Source: Patescibacteria group bacterium
GTDB taxonomy: Bacteria; Patescibacteriota; Microgenomatia; UBA1400; PJMF01
Length of the DNA stretch: 64,000 nt
Assembly: GCA_045541795.1 (NCBI GenBank)
Contig: JAZQJV010000003.1
Coordinates: 1,623-65,622 of the forward strand
Direction: 5' to 3'
Each line of letters begins with the position of its first letter. Within the stretch, counting starts at the first letter, position 1. This document shows positions 46,714 to 58,800 of this stretch, in pieces. The notes below the pieces were generated by a model. The model made no database searches, was not told the DNA's origin, and saw only the letters and a program-made list of their open reading frames with translations. Position numbers and translations under genes: made by a program.

Positions 46714-48264
46714 TTATTCCCACTCGATGGTCGACGGCGGCTTGGAGGTGATCTCGTAGACGACGCGGTTGATGTGTGGCACTTCATTGACAATGCGGCG
46801 AGAAACCCGATCGAGCAAGTCTGCCGGTAAGCGCGCCCAGTCGGCGGTCATGAAGTCTGTAGTCTCCACGGCGCGCAAGCCGAGCAGATACTCATACGTG
46901 CGCTCGTCGCCCATGACACCGACGGTGCGCAAATCTGTAAGCACCGCAAAATATTGACTGATCTGCCGGTGCAAACCGGCGGCGGCAATTTCTTGCCGGA
47001 AAATCGCGTCGGCGGGCCGCAAAATAGCTAATTTATCCGGAGTGACTGCGCCCATGATGCGGATCGCCAGGCCGGGACCGGGGAACGGTTGGCGGTAGAC
47101 AAGATTTTCCGGCAAGCCCAGCTGGAGGCCGAGCGCACGGACTTCGTCTTTGAAAAGAGACCGCAACGGCTCGACAATTTCCTGGAAGTCAATCACATCC
47201 GGCAAACCGCCCACATTGTGATGAGATTTGATTTTGGCCGCGGTCTTGGTACCTGATTCGATGACATCCGGATAAATCGTGCCTTGAGCCAGGAAATCCA
47301 CGTGACCGATTTGGGCCGCTTCTGCCTCAAAAGCGCGGATAAACTCACGGCCGATCACTTTTCTTTTTTCCTCCGGATCAGTGATACCAGATAAAGCGGC
47401 GAGGAACTGTCTACTATAATCGACACTACGCAGGTTAATGGGGAAATGATTAGTAAAAGTGTCAATAACTTCATCCGCTTCACCTTGGCGCAGCAAGCCG
47501 TGATCGAGGAAAACAGCCGTCAGCCCTGCGCCCACAGCTCGATGGAGCAAGACAGCAGTGACAGAGGAATCTACGCCGCCAGACATGGCACAAAGAACCT
47601 TTTTGTCACCAATTTTTTCCCGTAAATCAGCAATAATTTCTTCACTTACTCGTGACATTTCCCAGTCACCAGTAGCCTGACAGATTTTCACCAAGAAATT
47701 AGCCAAAATCTGAGCGCCATAGTGAGTATGCGTCACTTCCGGGTGGAACTGCACGCCGTAAAGCTGGCGGGCGGGGTCGGCGAAGGCTGCTGCGGGGCAG
47801 CTATTCGTGACAGCTAGGAGCTTAAAGCCTGCCGGAAGAGTGTGGACGGTGGAAGTGTGACTCATCCAGCAGGTAGATTTGACAGGTACATTAGCAAAAA
47901 GCGCACTGCTCTCCCCTGATGTGTCCAGGATGAGTTCCACTTTGCCGTACTCACGCACGCTCTGCTTGATCACCTGGCCGCCCAACTGATGAGCCAAGAG
48001 CTGACAACCATAGCAAATCCCCAAGATCGGGATCCCCAGCTCATAAATCGCCGGATCGATCATGGGCGCGTCAGTATCCGTCACAAAGCTAGGGCCGCCA
48101 GATAAAATAATGCCTATAGGAGCGATATTTTTGACTTGATCGGCGGAGATCGTGTACGGTTTGATTTCACTATAAACGTGCTGTTCACGCACGCGCCGGG
48201 CGATCAACATCGCCGTCTGCCCACCAAAGTCAAGAATGAGGACTTTTTGATGTGGATTTTGCAT
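46714..48264 (-). CDS. guaA: GMP synthase (glutamine-hydrolysing)
   Basis: GATase domain (GICYGCQLL...HPE) plus ATP-PPase SGGVDSSV. Confidence 0.9.
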   Translation of the reverse strand: MQNPHQKVLILDFGGQTAMLIARRVREQHVYSEIKPYTISADQVKNIAPIGIILSGGPSFVTDTDAPMIDPAIYELGIPILGICYGCQLLAHQLGGQVIKQSVREYGKVELILDTSGESSALFANVPVKSTCWMSHTSTVHTLPAGFKLLAVTNSCPAAAFADPARQLYGVQFHPEVTHTHYGAQILANFLVKICQATGDWEMSRVSEEIIADLREKIGDKKVLCAMSGGVDSSVTAVLLHRAVGAGLTAVFLDHGLLRQGEADEVIDTFTNHFPINLRSVDYSRQFLAALSGITDPEEKRKVIGREFIRAFEAEAAQIGHVDFLAQGTIYPDVIESGTKTAAKIKSHHNVGGLPDVIDFQEIVEPLRSLFKDEVRALGLQLGLPENLVYRQPFPGPGLAIRIMGAVTPDKLAILRPADAIFRQEIAAAGLHRQISQYFAVLTDLRTVGVMGDERTYEYLLGLRAVETTDFMTADWARLPADLLDRVSRRIVNEVPHINRVVYEITSKPPSTIEWE

Positions 48265-48346
48265 GTTTACTTTCTATTATAATATACAGTTTTCTAGGTC
48301 TGCTTTTGACGTTTGTCTGGAGTAGTGTCTACTATAATACACATTT

Positions 48347-49816
<1,470 letters not shown>

Positions 49817-49930
49817 CTATGCGCCTTATTATAACATGGAAATGGGGCGTGTGGAGTAGGAAAATGAAGGCGGGTGAAAATCACGTTTTGGCCGATTCCT
49901 CTCCCCGCCCCACCCGAAGTTATAGTCCTT

Positions 49931-50025
49931 GGTGGAGGTGGCGGCGTGGGCGGCAGGAATCACCCCCTCCTCTCTGGTACTGCGTGCCTCCTCCCCTTTG
50001 TAAGGGGAGGAGTTATGTGAGGATT
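49931..50025 (-). repeat. ~95-bp diverged copy of the 5' coding region of the DGR target gene (7281..7384), including the stem-loop CCTCCCCT..GTAAGGGGAGG
   Basis: About 85% nt identity. Its translation NSSPYKGEEARSTREEGVIPAAHAATST aligns with NSSPYGGEVARSARGEGLIPTAHAASST of the target. Confidence 0.5.
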
Positions 50026-50064
50026 TGTCAATGGAGGGAAAGTGTCTAGTGACAGTGAACAGTT

Positions 50065-51261
50065 TTACGGCCGGCGCAACCAAGCAAGAGCATTTTCTAC
50101 ATTGATGCCGTCTTGCTGACCGTAAATATCTAAATCAAGTGTGAGGACAGTACGAGAGAAACCGTCACGAAGCGACAAGAGTGGCGCAAATTCCCGTTCA
50201 CGTGTAGCGTCGTCCTGCAAACTGTAAGCCACTTGAAAATACGCCACATCTCCAGCGCCAGAAATGGTGACAAAATCAATCTCGGCGTGGGAAGTTTTAC
50301 CCACATATACTTGTCGATAGCGCCGGCGCAGTTCCAAGTAGACGATGTTTTCGAGGATCCGGCCACGATCAGCGAGACGACGGCCTTGACTGAAGTAACG
50401 AAGGCCGGGATCGACAACGTAATACTTCTCGCCAGTACAAAGTAGCTGACGGCCAGCCACGTCATAGCGAGGCGCGGCATAAAAAATGTAGGCTTCCTGG
50501 AGAGCATGCAAGTAACGATCAAGGGTTTTTGTGGAGACTTCCACCCCATCATGCCGGAGCATACTGGTGATTTTATTGAGCGAGCAGAGATTGCCGACAT
50601 TATCCATCAAAAAATCAATGACTCGCAAAAGGAGGCGAATATCCCGGAACTGATACCGAGCGACGATGTCTTTGAGTACGATACTATCCAAAATACCAAA
50701 GATATAGTCAGAAACTTCGTCTGGCTCGGTAAGATTGATGACATAAGGGAATGATCCAAAGGTGACATAGCGATGATAAAGTTTGTAATCATTGATCGGT
50801 TCTTTTTGCGCGGTAGCAAACTCACTAAATGAAAGCGGCAAAAGCTTAATCTCGATATAGCGGCCAGATAATTTAGTGGCCAGTTCACCAGAAAGCATTA
50901 CCGCATTGGAGCCTGTCAGATAAATATCAATATTTTTGTCCAAATAGAGACTACTGATGCATCTTTCCCACTGAGGAATATTTTGGATCTCATCAAGCAG
51001 AAGATAAGTACGACGCCTGGGGACAAGACGATCAGTAAGATATTGATAAAGCAGGCGATCGTCAAAATCGCGAAATTCATGAGACTCGAGGTTGAGATGA
51101 ATTATGCGATCAAACGGGACGCCAGAGGCGGCAAGTTTTTGAGCAAAAAGTTCAAGGAGTGTAGATTTACCGCAACGACGTACGCCGGTAACCACTTTGA
51201 TGACATCGCGGTCGCGCCATTTTTGGAGTTTTTGTAGTTGCTTTTGCCTCATGACTGACAT
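50065..51261 (-). CDS. AAA+ ATPase, DUF4143 family
   Basis: Walker A GVRRCGKST, Walker B LLLDEIQ, DUF4143 segment LTGSNAVMLSGELATKLSGRYIEIKLLPLSFSEF. Trimmed to MSVMRQ, which is leaderless behind TTGACA-17-TATAAT. Confidence 0.75.
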   Translation of the reverse strand: MSVMRQKQLQKLQKWRDRDVIKVVTGVRRCGKSTLLELFAQKLAASGVPFDRIIHLNLESHEFRDFDDRLLYQYLTDRLVPRRRTYLLLDEIQNIPQWERCISSLYLDKNIDIYLTGSNAVMLSGELATKLSGRYIEIKLLPLSFSEFATAQKEPINDYKLYHRYVTFGSFPYVINLTEPDEVSDYIFGILDSIVLKDIVARYQFRDIRLLLRVIDFLMDNVGNLCSLNKITSMLRHDGVEVSTKTLDRYLHALQEAYIFYAAPRYDVAGRQLLCTGEKYYVVDPGLRYFSQGRRLADRGRILENIVYLELRRRYRQVYVGKTSHAEIDFVTISGAGDVAYFQVAYSLQDDATREREFAPLLSLRDGFSRTVLTLDLDIYGQQDGINVENALAWLRRP

Positions 51262-51269
51262 GAGGGCGA

Positions 51270-51298
51270 TTATAGCACGACTGAGGCTTGTTGTCAAG
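51270..51298 (-). promoter_or_regulatory. promoter TTGACA-17-TATAAT, 7 nt upstream of the ATPase ATG
   Basis: Minus strand TTGACAacaagcctcagtcgtgcTATAATcgccctcATG. Confidence 0.5.
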
Positions 51299-51307
51299 TA
51301 TTTTGTA

Positions 51308-51450
51308 GAGTATAAGTACTAAAAAATGAAAATTTGATAAAAGTTGGGAGTATAAGTATGAAAAATTTTCCAAGTGTACCAGATGAAAAAAAGTTAGGAG
51401 TATAAGTATGAAAAATGTAAGATTTTGTGATTTTGTGGAGTATAAGTACT
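51308..51450. repeat. array of four GGAGTATAAGTA(C/T)(T/G)AAAAAT-type direct repeats (at 51308, 51348, 51398, 51438) in the divergent ATPase/valS intergenic region
   Basis: Read directly. Spacing is 40, 50 and 40 bp. Confidence 0.5.
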
Positions 51451-51469
51451 CAGTGCTGCCGCTTGCAGC

Positions 51470-51481
51470 GTGTGGTATAAT
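51470..51481 (+). promoter_or_regulatory. extended -10 (TGTGGTATAAT) 7 nt upstream of the valS ATG (leaderless)
   Basis: gtgTGGTATAATacagcgtATGgat. Confidence 0.5.
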
Positions 51482-51488
51482 ACAGCGT

Positions 51489-53762
51489 ATGGATAGTAAA
51501 TATAATCACAGTTTATACGAGAGCAAAATCAACGAAATGTGGCTGGAGGCGGCCATCGGCACGCCGCGCGCAGGAAATGCCGGTAAGCCGGTGTTTTCTC
51601 TGGTACTGCCGCCGCCCAATGCCAATGATCCGCTGCACGTGGGCCACGCAATGATGAGCATCGAGGATATTTTGGTGCGTTTCCACCGGATGCGGGGCGA
51701 TGACACCCTCTGGGTGCCAGGAGTGGATCACGCCGGTATCGAGACACAGTTTGTGTTTGAAAAAAAGCTGCAAAAAAAGGGCGAGTCGCGTTTCCAGTAT
51801 GACCGAGAGACTCTTTACCAGATGATCTGGGACTACGTACAAGAAAATACCGGTGTGGCGCGCGAGCAGCTCACGAGATTGGGTTTTAGCGTGGACTGGT
51901 CACGGTTTTGTTATACGCTGGATGAAAAAATTGTGAGGAGTGTGTTGCACACTTTTGCCCATTTACAGCAGGAAGGTCTGCTTTACCGCGATTTACAGCT
52001 GGTAAATTACTGTACGAAATGCGGCACGGCTTTTAGCGATCTGGAAGTCAAACACCAGACGGCAAAAACCAAACTTTATTACATTAAATACGGGCCGTTT
52101 GTGCTGGCTACCACCCGGCCGGAGACCAAATTTGGCGACACGGCGGTGGCGGTACACCCAGATGATGAGCGCTACCGAGATCTGGTAGGCAAAATGATCA
52201 CGGTGGAAGGCGTCAACGGGCCTTTCCAGGTAAAGGTGATCGCTGACGAGTACGTAGACCGAGAATTTGGTACGGGGGTGGTGAAAATCACGCCGTATCA
52301 CGATCATAATGACTATGCTGTGTGGCAGCGACACAAAGATGAGCTGCCGGCGCCCGTACAAGTGATTGACTTCCAGGGTAAAATGACGGCAGCCGCCGGG
52401 AGATTTGCCGGGATGAGCGTCAACAAAGCCCGCGAAGAAGTGGTGAAGGCGATGACTGAGATGAATCTCATTGATCACGTGGATGAAAATTACCAAAATC
52501 AGCTAAGTGTGTGTTATCGGTGTGGACGGACGCTTGAACCGCTGCCGAAGGCGCAGTTTTTTGTGCGCGTCAAGCCGCTCACCAAGCCTATAATCGAGAA
52601 ATTAGATGCGGGTGAAATCAAAGTACATGCGGCCGGTTACGATAAGATTTTGCGTAACTGGCTCACAGGACTTCGCGACTGGAATATCAGCCGACAGATA
52701 GTGTGGGGCATCCGGATGCCAGTATGGTATCAGGTGGAAGCGGATTCGCCGCTAGAGGTGGCGTTTTTGACCACCAGCAGCCCCAAAAACGCCACAGAAA
52801 AATCTTATCGGGTAAAGGAACTAGCGACCGATAAATGGCTGATTTCGGGCACTTTGGGGCAAATTTTGGCCGATTACAGTTTGGATGAAGTCAAAAAAGG
52901 ACTGCAAAGCGTGGACGCGCCAATGGGGACCCCCTACTCTCTTGACATTGAGGGCACGCACGATCACGAAAACGAGATCCAGGAAACAGACACCTTTGAC
53001 ACGTGGTTTAGCTCGAGCCAGTGGCCTTTTGTGACGCTGCAAAACTCTGGAGAAGGTGATTTTGACCGTTTCTACCCGACCACCGTAATGGAAACTGGTT
53101 ATGACATTTTGCCATTTTGGGTGATGCGGATGCTGATGATGGGCTATTTCCAGACGGGAAAATTGCCGTTTACTCATGTTTATTTACACGGTCTGGTGCG
53201 CGATAGCAAAGGCCAAAAAATGAGCAAGTCTAAGGGTAACGTGATCAATCCGCTAGAAGTGGCGGAAAAATACGGTGCCGACGCCCTCCGGTTTGCTCTC
53301 GTGGTACGCTCCACTCCTGGTCAGGATAAATCTATCGGTGAGGCTGATTTCAAGGCAGCGCGCAATTTGACCAATAAACTCTGGAATGCGGCGCGTTTCG
53401 TGACGATGCTGGCGCGTGAGAAAAAGGAAGTGACGGGTAGCGAGCAGACCAATGAGCTGATACAGCAAAAAGTGGCCGAAATTACCAAGCAAGTAACAGA
53501 CTGCCTGAATGATTACAAGCCGGGGCTGGCGGCAGACTTGCTTTATGACAGCTTTTGGCATTACTTTTGCGATGAGGCGATAGAAGCGTGCAAGAAGGAG
53601 ACGCTCTCCCCTACCCTTTTGCGCGAGGCTCTGCTGGTTTACTTGAAACTCTGGCATCCTTTTATCCCATTTGTGACCGAGCAAATTTGGCAGGAATTTG
53701 GTATAATGGAAAATGATGAAAGACTATTGGCCCTCACCAGCTGGCCGGACGGCAGAATTTGA
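51489..53762 (+). CDS. valS: valine--tRNA ligase
   Basis: PPPNANDPLHVGHAM (the ValS-type HIGH region) and KMSKSKGN. The ORF 51408 is trimmed to MDSKYNH. Confidence 0.85.
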   Translation: MDSKYNHSLYESKINEMWLEAAIGTPRAGNAGKPVFSLVLPPPNANDPLHVGHAMMSIEDILVRFHRMRGDDTLWVPGVDHAGIETQFVFEKKLQKKGESRFQYDRETLYQMIWDYVQENTGVAREQLTRLGFSVDWSRFCYTLDEKIVRSVLHTFAHLQQEGLLYRDLQLVNYCTKCGTAFSDLEVKHQTAKTKLYYIKYGPFVLATTRPETKFGDTAVAVHPDDERYRDLVGKMITVEGVNGPFQVKVIADEYVDREFGTGVVKITPYHDHNDYAVWQRHKDELPAPVQVIDFQGKMTAAAGRFAGMSVNKAREEVVKAMTEMNLIDHVDENYQNQLSVCYRCGRTLEPLPKAQFFVRVKPLTKPIIEKLDAGEIKVHAAGYDKILRNWLTGLRDWNISRQIVWGIRMPVWYQVEADSPLEVAFLTTSSPKNATEKSYRVKELATDKWLISGTLGQILADYSLDEVKKGLQSVDAPMGTPYSLDIEGTHDHENEIQETDTFDTWFSSSQWPFVTLQNSGEGDFDRFYPTTVMETGYDILPFWVMRMLMMGYFQTGKLPFTHVYLHGLVRDSKGQKMSKSKGNVINPLEVAEKYGADALRFALVVRSTPGQDKSIGEADFKAARNLTNKLWNAARFVTMLAREKKEVTGSEQTNELIQQKVAEITKQVTDCLNDYKPGLAADLLYDSFWHYFCDEAIEACKKETLSPTLLREALLVYLKLWHPFIPFVTEQIWQEFGIMENDERLLALTSWPDGRI

Positions 53763-54357
53763 AGATTTTGGCCGTGTATCTGTTTTGAGCGCGTTGCTAT
53801 TGCCTTTTTTTGTGGTGCTTTTGACAGCTAGCCAAGTGGTAGATGTGGGCCGATACGTGCTAAACCGTGCGCGTGAGCTAAAAGATAAAATAAACATGGA
53901 TATAGCGGCAAAAATTGACTCTCTCCCCTACTCGCTGCGGACGAAATACGTATTGATGGAGACAGTGGCTTGGCTGCCGACGGCGGCGTTAGCATTAGTA
54001 CTGGCGTGGAATATCTCCGACGTGATGTTGGAATACAAACTCAAGCAGGAGCGATTGGCGGCAGCACACGCAGGAAACAACATCGTGATACCAGATATGA
54101 GATTTATCAATGACAGCTGGCCGGTGGAGCTGCTTGCTGCCAGCGATGAAGCGGTTATCCGTATCAATGAAGATGCACTTATGGAGCTGGCAGCAAGCTT
54201 TGGGCAGTTATCAAGCAAAGATGTAAGCGAGCTAAGCCAAGCCGAGATGATTAATTTTGCGCTTTTGCATTACTATTTTGGTGATGAAATGCAGTATCAA
54301 AACAAACTCGAAGCGGCGCGAGCAATGGATCCAAACGAACGTATATTTGCAAAATAA
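53713..54357 (+). CDS. hypothetical small membrane protein (start probably internal, overlaps valS 3' end as called)
   Basis: TM helix VSVLSALLLPFFVVLLTASQVV. No recognisable family. Confidence 0.35.
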   Translation: MMKDYWPSPAGRTAEFEDFGRVSVLSALLLPFFVVLLTASQVVDVGRYVLNRARELKDKINMDIAAKIDSLPYSLRTKYVLMETVAWLPTAALALVLAWNISDVMLEYKLKQERLAAAHAGNNIVIPDMRFINDSWPVELLAASDEAVIRINEDALMELAASFGQLSSKDVSELSQAEMINFALLHYYFGDEMQYQNKLEAARAMDPNERIFAK

Positions 54358-54442
54358 GTGGTAGTTTTGGGCGGGAAAATGTCACATTTTAGTGTGTTTT
54401 TTGGACGTAAAATTGTAACTGCCACGTGACATTTTTACTGCG

Positions 54443-54470
54443 TTAATTATGGCGAATTCGCCATAATTAA
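54443..54470. repeat. 28-bp perfect palindrome TTAATTATGGCGAATTCGCCATAATTAA
   Basis: Read directly. GTGACATTTT also recurs three times nearby. Confidence 0.6.
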
Positions 54471-54548
54471 GATCATTTTTTGTTGCAAATTGCTGCACGT
54501 GAAACATTATAGGTTTTGCCTGGTGAGATGCGCAAATGGTGACATTTT

Positions 54549-54668
54549 TTCGCTGCAGTAAAATCAGCAAAGTTTGCTGCAAGCAAGTGAAGAATGTTTG
54601 CTGCAAGAAATTGACAAATCTTTGCTGCAGCTAATCGTTGATTGTTTGCTGCAATAAATCATGCATTT
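54549..54668 (+). repeat. five 24-bp phased units, each starting TT(T/C)GCTGCA(A/G), at 54549, 54573, 54597, 54621, 54645
   Basis: Exact 24-bp periodicity. The first ~10 bp are conserved and the remaining 14 bp vary. Too short and degenerate to be a CRISPR array. Confidence 0.55.
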
Positions 54669-54752
54669 TTGACTACAAAATAGTGACGAAATGATAGCGG
54701 TGAATAGCCAAGTTTGTCAGCTTTTATTGTTTGAGTGTGGTATAATACCGGG

Positions 54753-55037
54753 ATGAAAAGACGCGGTAGACACACGACCATCATCGAAGGCTTGGAGCCG
54801 GTTTTGCGGCAGTTAGAACGGTTAGATGGGGTAGAGGTGTCGCCAGGGCGGATCAGCACGGGGCTGCCCACGGGTCATCACATTTTGAAGCTAAAACAGC
54901 TGAGTGGGGGAGTGGAGGCGGTTTTTCGCGGGACGCGGACGAAGCAAGTACTGCATATTTATGGCGATGGGGAGCAAATCGTGACGACACTGGCAGGTCT
55001 ACACGGTGGTAATTTGACAGTACTAATTGCGCAGTAG
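54753..55037 (+). CDS. conserved hypothetical small protein (94 aa)
   Basis: The ORF 54735 is trimmed to MKRRGRHTT. The ATG is 6 nt after TGTGGTATAAT (leaderless). Confidence 0.45.
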   Translation: MKRRGRHTTIIEGLEPVLRQLERLDGVEVSPGRISTGLPTGHHILKLKQLSGGVEAVFRGTRTKQVLHIYGDGEQIVTTLAGLHGGNLTVLIAQ

Positions 55038-55135
55038 AGGAGAGCTGAAGACTCACCACGATTGAATTATTGAGTTAAAAAGCAACTCCCTCGCTTTTGA
55101 CGAGGGAGCAACAACAACAATAAGTCAAAAAATGA

Positions 55136-55759
55136 TTATTTGGCCGCGTCTGCTTTTTCTGGCGCCGGAGCGGCAGCATCTGCAGTTTCCGCTGGTTTTT
55201 CTTCCTCGGCCGTCTCCTGGACAGCATCGACAACGAGTACAGGGAGCTTTTCGTCAGTGGTCTTGAGGGTGAGTTTTTTGCGGTCATAGTCGAGATCAGC
55301 AAAGGTGATCTCATCGCCCACGGCTTTGAGAGTGGATAAATCAATGATAAAGGATTCTGGGAAGTCGGTAGGCAAACCTTCGGCTTCAATTTCGTCATGC
55401 ACGAGGTTGTAAATCGCGCCGGGGACGCTAAAGGTACCAGTGGTTTCCACCGGGATCATGGTGGTAACTTTACTCTTGAGATCGACTTGACGGAAGGAAA
55501 TGTGGATCAAGTGCGCATCGACCGGGTCGTACTGGACCTCCGAGAGAAGAGTGGGGATCTGTTTGCCGTCAACGTCAAGATAAATAACGGTGGACTCACT
55601 GATTTGGGTCATTAATTTGGTGGTTTGTTTGGCGTCAAGCGCGAGGGCACGGGAGCCGTCAGCGCCGTAGACATTGGCCAAAAGTAAGCCCTGTGCCCGC
55701 AGCGCGCGCGGTTTGGCTGCCAGATCGCGGATTTGAGCCGTAAGTATGTGTTTTTCCAT
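55136..55759 (-). CDS. rplY: 50S ribosomal protein L25 / general stress protein Ctc
   Basis: 207 aa with an L25 beta-barrel domain (LTAQIRDLAAKPRALRAQG...ANVYG) and an acidic, A-rich C-terminal extension. Confidence 0.8.
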   Translation of the reverse strand: MEKHILTAQIRDLAAKPRALRAQGLLLANVYGADGSRALALDAKQTTKLMTQISESTVIYLDVDGKQIPTLLSEVQYDPVDAHLIHISFRQVDLKSKVTTMIPVETTGTFSVPGAIYNLVHDEIEAEGLPTDFPESFIIDLSTLKAVGDEITFADLDYDRKKLTLKTTDEKLPVLVVDAVQETAEEEKPAETADAAAPAPEKADAAK

Positions 55760-55843
55760 AATTTCCTTAATGTATTTACTGCTTTTTGTTTACCAGATGA
55801 TATATTATACCACATTTTTTGACGATTTGGCGGGCAGTTGCGA

Positions 55844-58800
55844 TCAGTAGTCGATAGCGCCAAAAAAGCTGCGTTTTCCTGGGCGCAAAAAGGTGATGGT
55901 CTCGCCTTTGGTAACGGCGCGCGGAGCAATGACGCTAATAGAGTAGGGGACGCGGCTGACGATGGTGACTTCAAGCTGGTCATCCAGGCTGCCGTTTTGG
56001 TGCTGGTCATAGTAACTATAGGTGAAATCACTGCTGGCGATCGCGCGTTCGATGTTAAAGGTGAGCCTGAGAGTGGCTTTGGCTTCGGGCGCGAGCGTGA
56101 GTTTGTAGCCGTTTTCGTCATCAAGGGTGACGTCGCGGCCATCCAGAGTGATGGTGGCGAGAGTAGCGCTGTGTGGCAGAGCGAGCGTGAGGTAGTCGCT
56201 GACAGTGTCTGTGGTGGAGTGGTTGACAAATTCTACTGTCCGGGTGTGAGTGGTGTTGGAGCTGGAAAGCTCAATACGGTGGGCGGAGGTATAAGTAAGG
56301 TCGCTAGCCGTGGTGAGGTAATTGTGATGAAGGGCAAAAGTATCCAGGTAGCAGACGCTGGAACCAAATCCGCCAGGACAAAGGACACTGCTGGCGTCAG
56401 CACGCAGTCCAGCGGCAGAAATGGCGTTTTTGATGGCGTCATCACCTGAATAAAGCTGGAAGGATTCATTTTCTAAGTGAGCAAGCAGGTAGCGGAAAAA
56501 TTCATGGCCGCGGCCGGGCGCGAGCTGATCTAGCCCGAGGTCAAGCGAGGAGAAGAGATCGGCGAGCGCGAGGCTTTTTTCTGGCCTGGAATTGGTAAGA
56601 GTAGTCTGCTGAAGAGTGTGAGCATCATCGACACCCAAAAGGAGCTTTTCTAAAGGAGCGAGGCTGGAAAGATTGATGCCGACAACTACGTCTGGCGTGG
56701 TCTGGAGAGCAGAGGAGAAGTCACCACTCAAGAGCGAGGCAACTTCACTAAATTCCCGGTCAAACGTGAAATTAGCTAGGCCTTCGGCGGCGGTAGTGTT
56801 TTTCTCGTCCCCATCTCGACTGGAGCTGGCATTATCAACCTCAGACGCAAGAACGGCGGGGAGTTGGACTTGGACGCTGGAAGCGGCTGCAAGCTGCTCG
56901 GTGGTATAAAAGCTGGCTTGCTGATAGCTACCACGGAGGAACTCTATATTGGCTGCGCCCAAGATAGTGCCGCCACCAGTGCGAGCAGTGGTTTCGTCCA
57001 GGAAAAGAAGAGTGAGGCGCAGATCCTGCTTACCGGCAAGCGCTGCAAAAAGTGGTAAGTAGTCAGAAATGAGCTTGTAGTCAGCCTCAAGCTGATCTAA
57101 AGTGGAGGTGAGCGCCGCTAGAGAGTGTTCATCCGCCAGCGGAGTGAGGTCGGCTCGAGCGCGCTCCAGCTGTGTGCGGACAGCGGTAAGTTGTTCTTTA
57201 CTACTAGTGAGTACTTGCTCAAGGATTTGTAATTCGGAGGTAACGTCTCCGGTTTCGCGCCGCCAGGCCGTGGCGTAGTAATTGTCCATTTGGGCAGTGA
57301 GCCGAACATGGCGGGAAACAAGCCTAGTCAAGGCCGCCAGCAGATCCGGGAGCGCGTTTTTTTTGACAAGTGAAAAGGCAGAAGCATTTTGAAGAACTGA
57401 GGAGTGGAGACAGGAAGTGGAATCTTGACAGCTGGCAAAATACTGCGTGAGCGTTTCCCGGACATAGCGTTCATTTTGGCGAGGTTGAAAGACAAGGAAA
57501 TAGCTGCCTACCACGAGTAGTGCCGTGCCGATAGCAATACTGATGACGGCTCGATTGGTGGGATGAGTGAGGTAAAAACGGCGGATGAGAGGATGACTGG
57601 TAAAGAAAGGGCGAGATTTGAGAAGCTTGGTGAAAAAGTTATTTTTAATTTTTGCCTTTTTATAGGTAATAATATGATGTTTTGAGTATTTTTTGTCTTT
57701 GGCGCGGGCGGGTTTTTGAGGCTTGAGCGCAGGACAAGCAGAAGCGCTAGTTAGTGAGGGGGCAAAAGGGGTAATTTTGATCGGATTGATGGGTGGTATC
57801 GTGACGGGCGTGGCTTTGCGCAAAGGGATGACTGGCTGGAGTTTGACCTTGGGAGAAATAGTGACGGTAGGCTTTTTATCCTCTGTAGGGCGGCAAGAAA
57901 TGAAATTAATACCGTCGACATTTATCCGTTTGCAGACTACTTTGGGCGTGGCTGGGGCTTTTTCTGCTTGCAGATATTGCTCAAGAACGGTGTTTTCTTG
58001 TGAGGTAATAGTAGTGCGCACAGCTTTGAGGATACTGCGGGAAGAACGTGATTTTTTCTTTTTGGCAGACGACTTACTACTGGCGACTTTTTGCAACAGC
58101 GCGGGTGGGAGAGTGATAATATCTAAGCGTGGATCACGCTGAGGCTGGCGCGGCAGGCGGGGAGGCGGCAGGGTAATGGGTTCATAAGAGCCGACAGTGT
58201 TTTTGGTGGGCTTGGTAAGATTTTTGATGGATTTGCTTGGCGGGAAGAGGGGACGAGCATCACTGGAAGATGTAGGCTGATTTTTTCCTGATAAATAGGG
58301 CTTTATGTAATCAGATGTGAGCTGCTCCAGATCTGAGTGACCGCCAACGAGGCCTACGGGGAAAGGAAAAGAAAACTCCACTGGTGTGTACTGCTCGGAT
58401 ACGGTCTGGAAGTGCCTGGCGGTGATTTTTTCTAGGTGATGAAAGAAACGGCTAGAGGAGATTTTTTCGGCGACAAAAAGGCTTTTTTCTCCAGAATACG
58501 GCGCAAAAATGATAGACTCCACCTGTCGGAGGAAGCTTTGCTCGCTGACAAAGTGATAATCTAGGCCGGGATCAGTGAGCAGTCCACGGCCGGCATCGCG
58601 GAAAATGTAAGAAAAAGCAGGATGATAAGGATCATCCGCCAGTAAAAGGTCACGAACCACCAGTAAGCTGGCTTTGGGGTATTCTTCACTCAAGCGCAAA
58701 ATTTCGCGGTACTGACTACGGCAAGCGCGATACCAGCGCCTCGTCTGATCATTATCTTGATCCGGAGTCTGGTCAAAGCGGGCAATAAATAAGATCGGTT

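Noticed and set aside
49829-50083. 84-aa ORF as an independent gene
   Set aside because: It is the translation of the diverged target-gene 5' remnant and overlaps the ATPase 3' end. It has no start context, signal peptide or downstream domain.
54549-54668. CRISPR array
   Set aside because: The repeat head is only ~10 bp with 14-bp variable tails. A total 24-bp period is far below CRISPR repeat and spacer sizes, and no cas genes are nearby.
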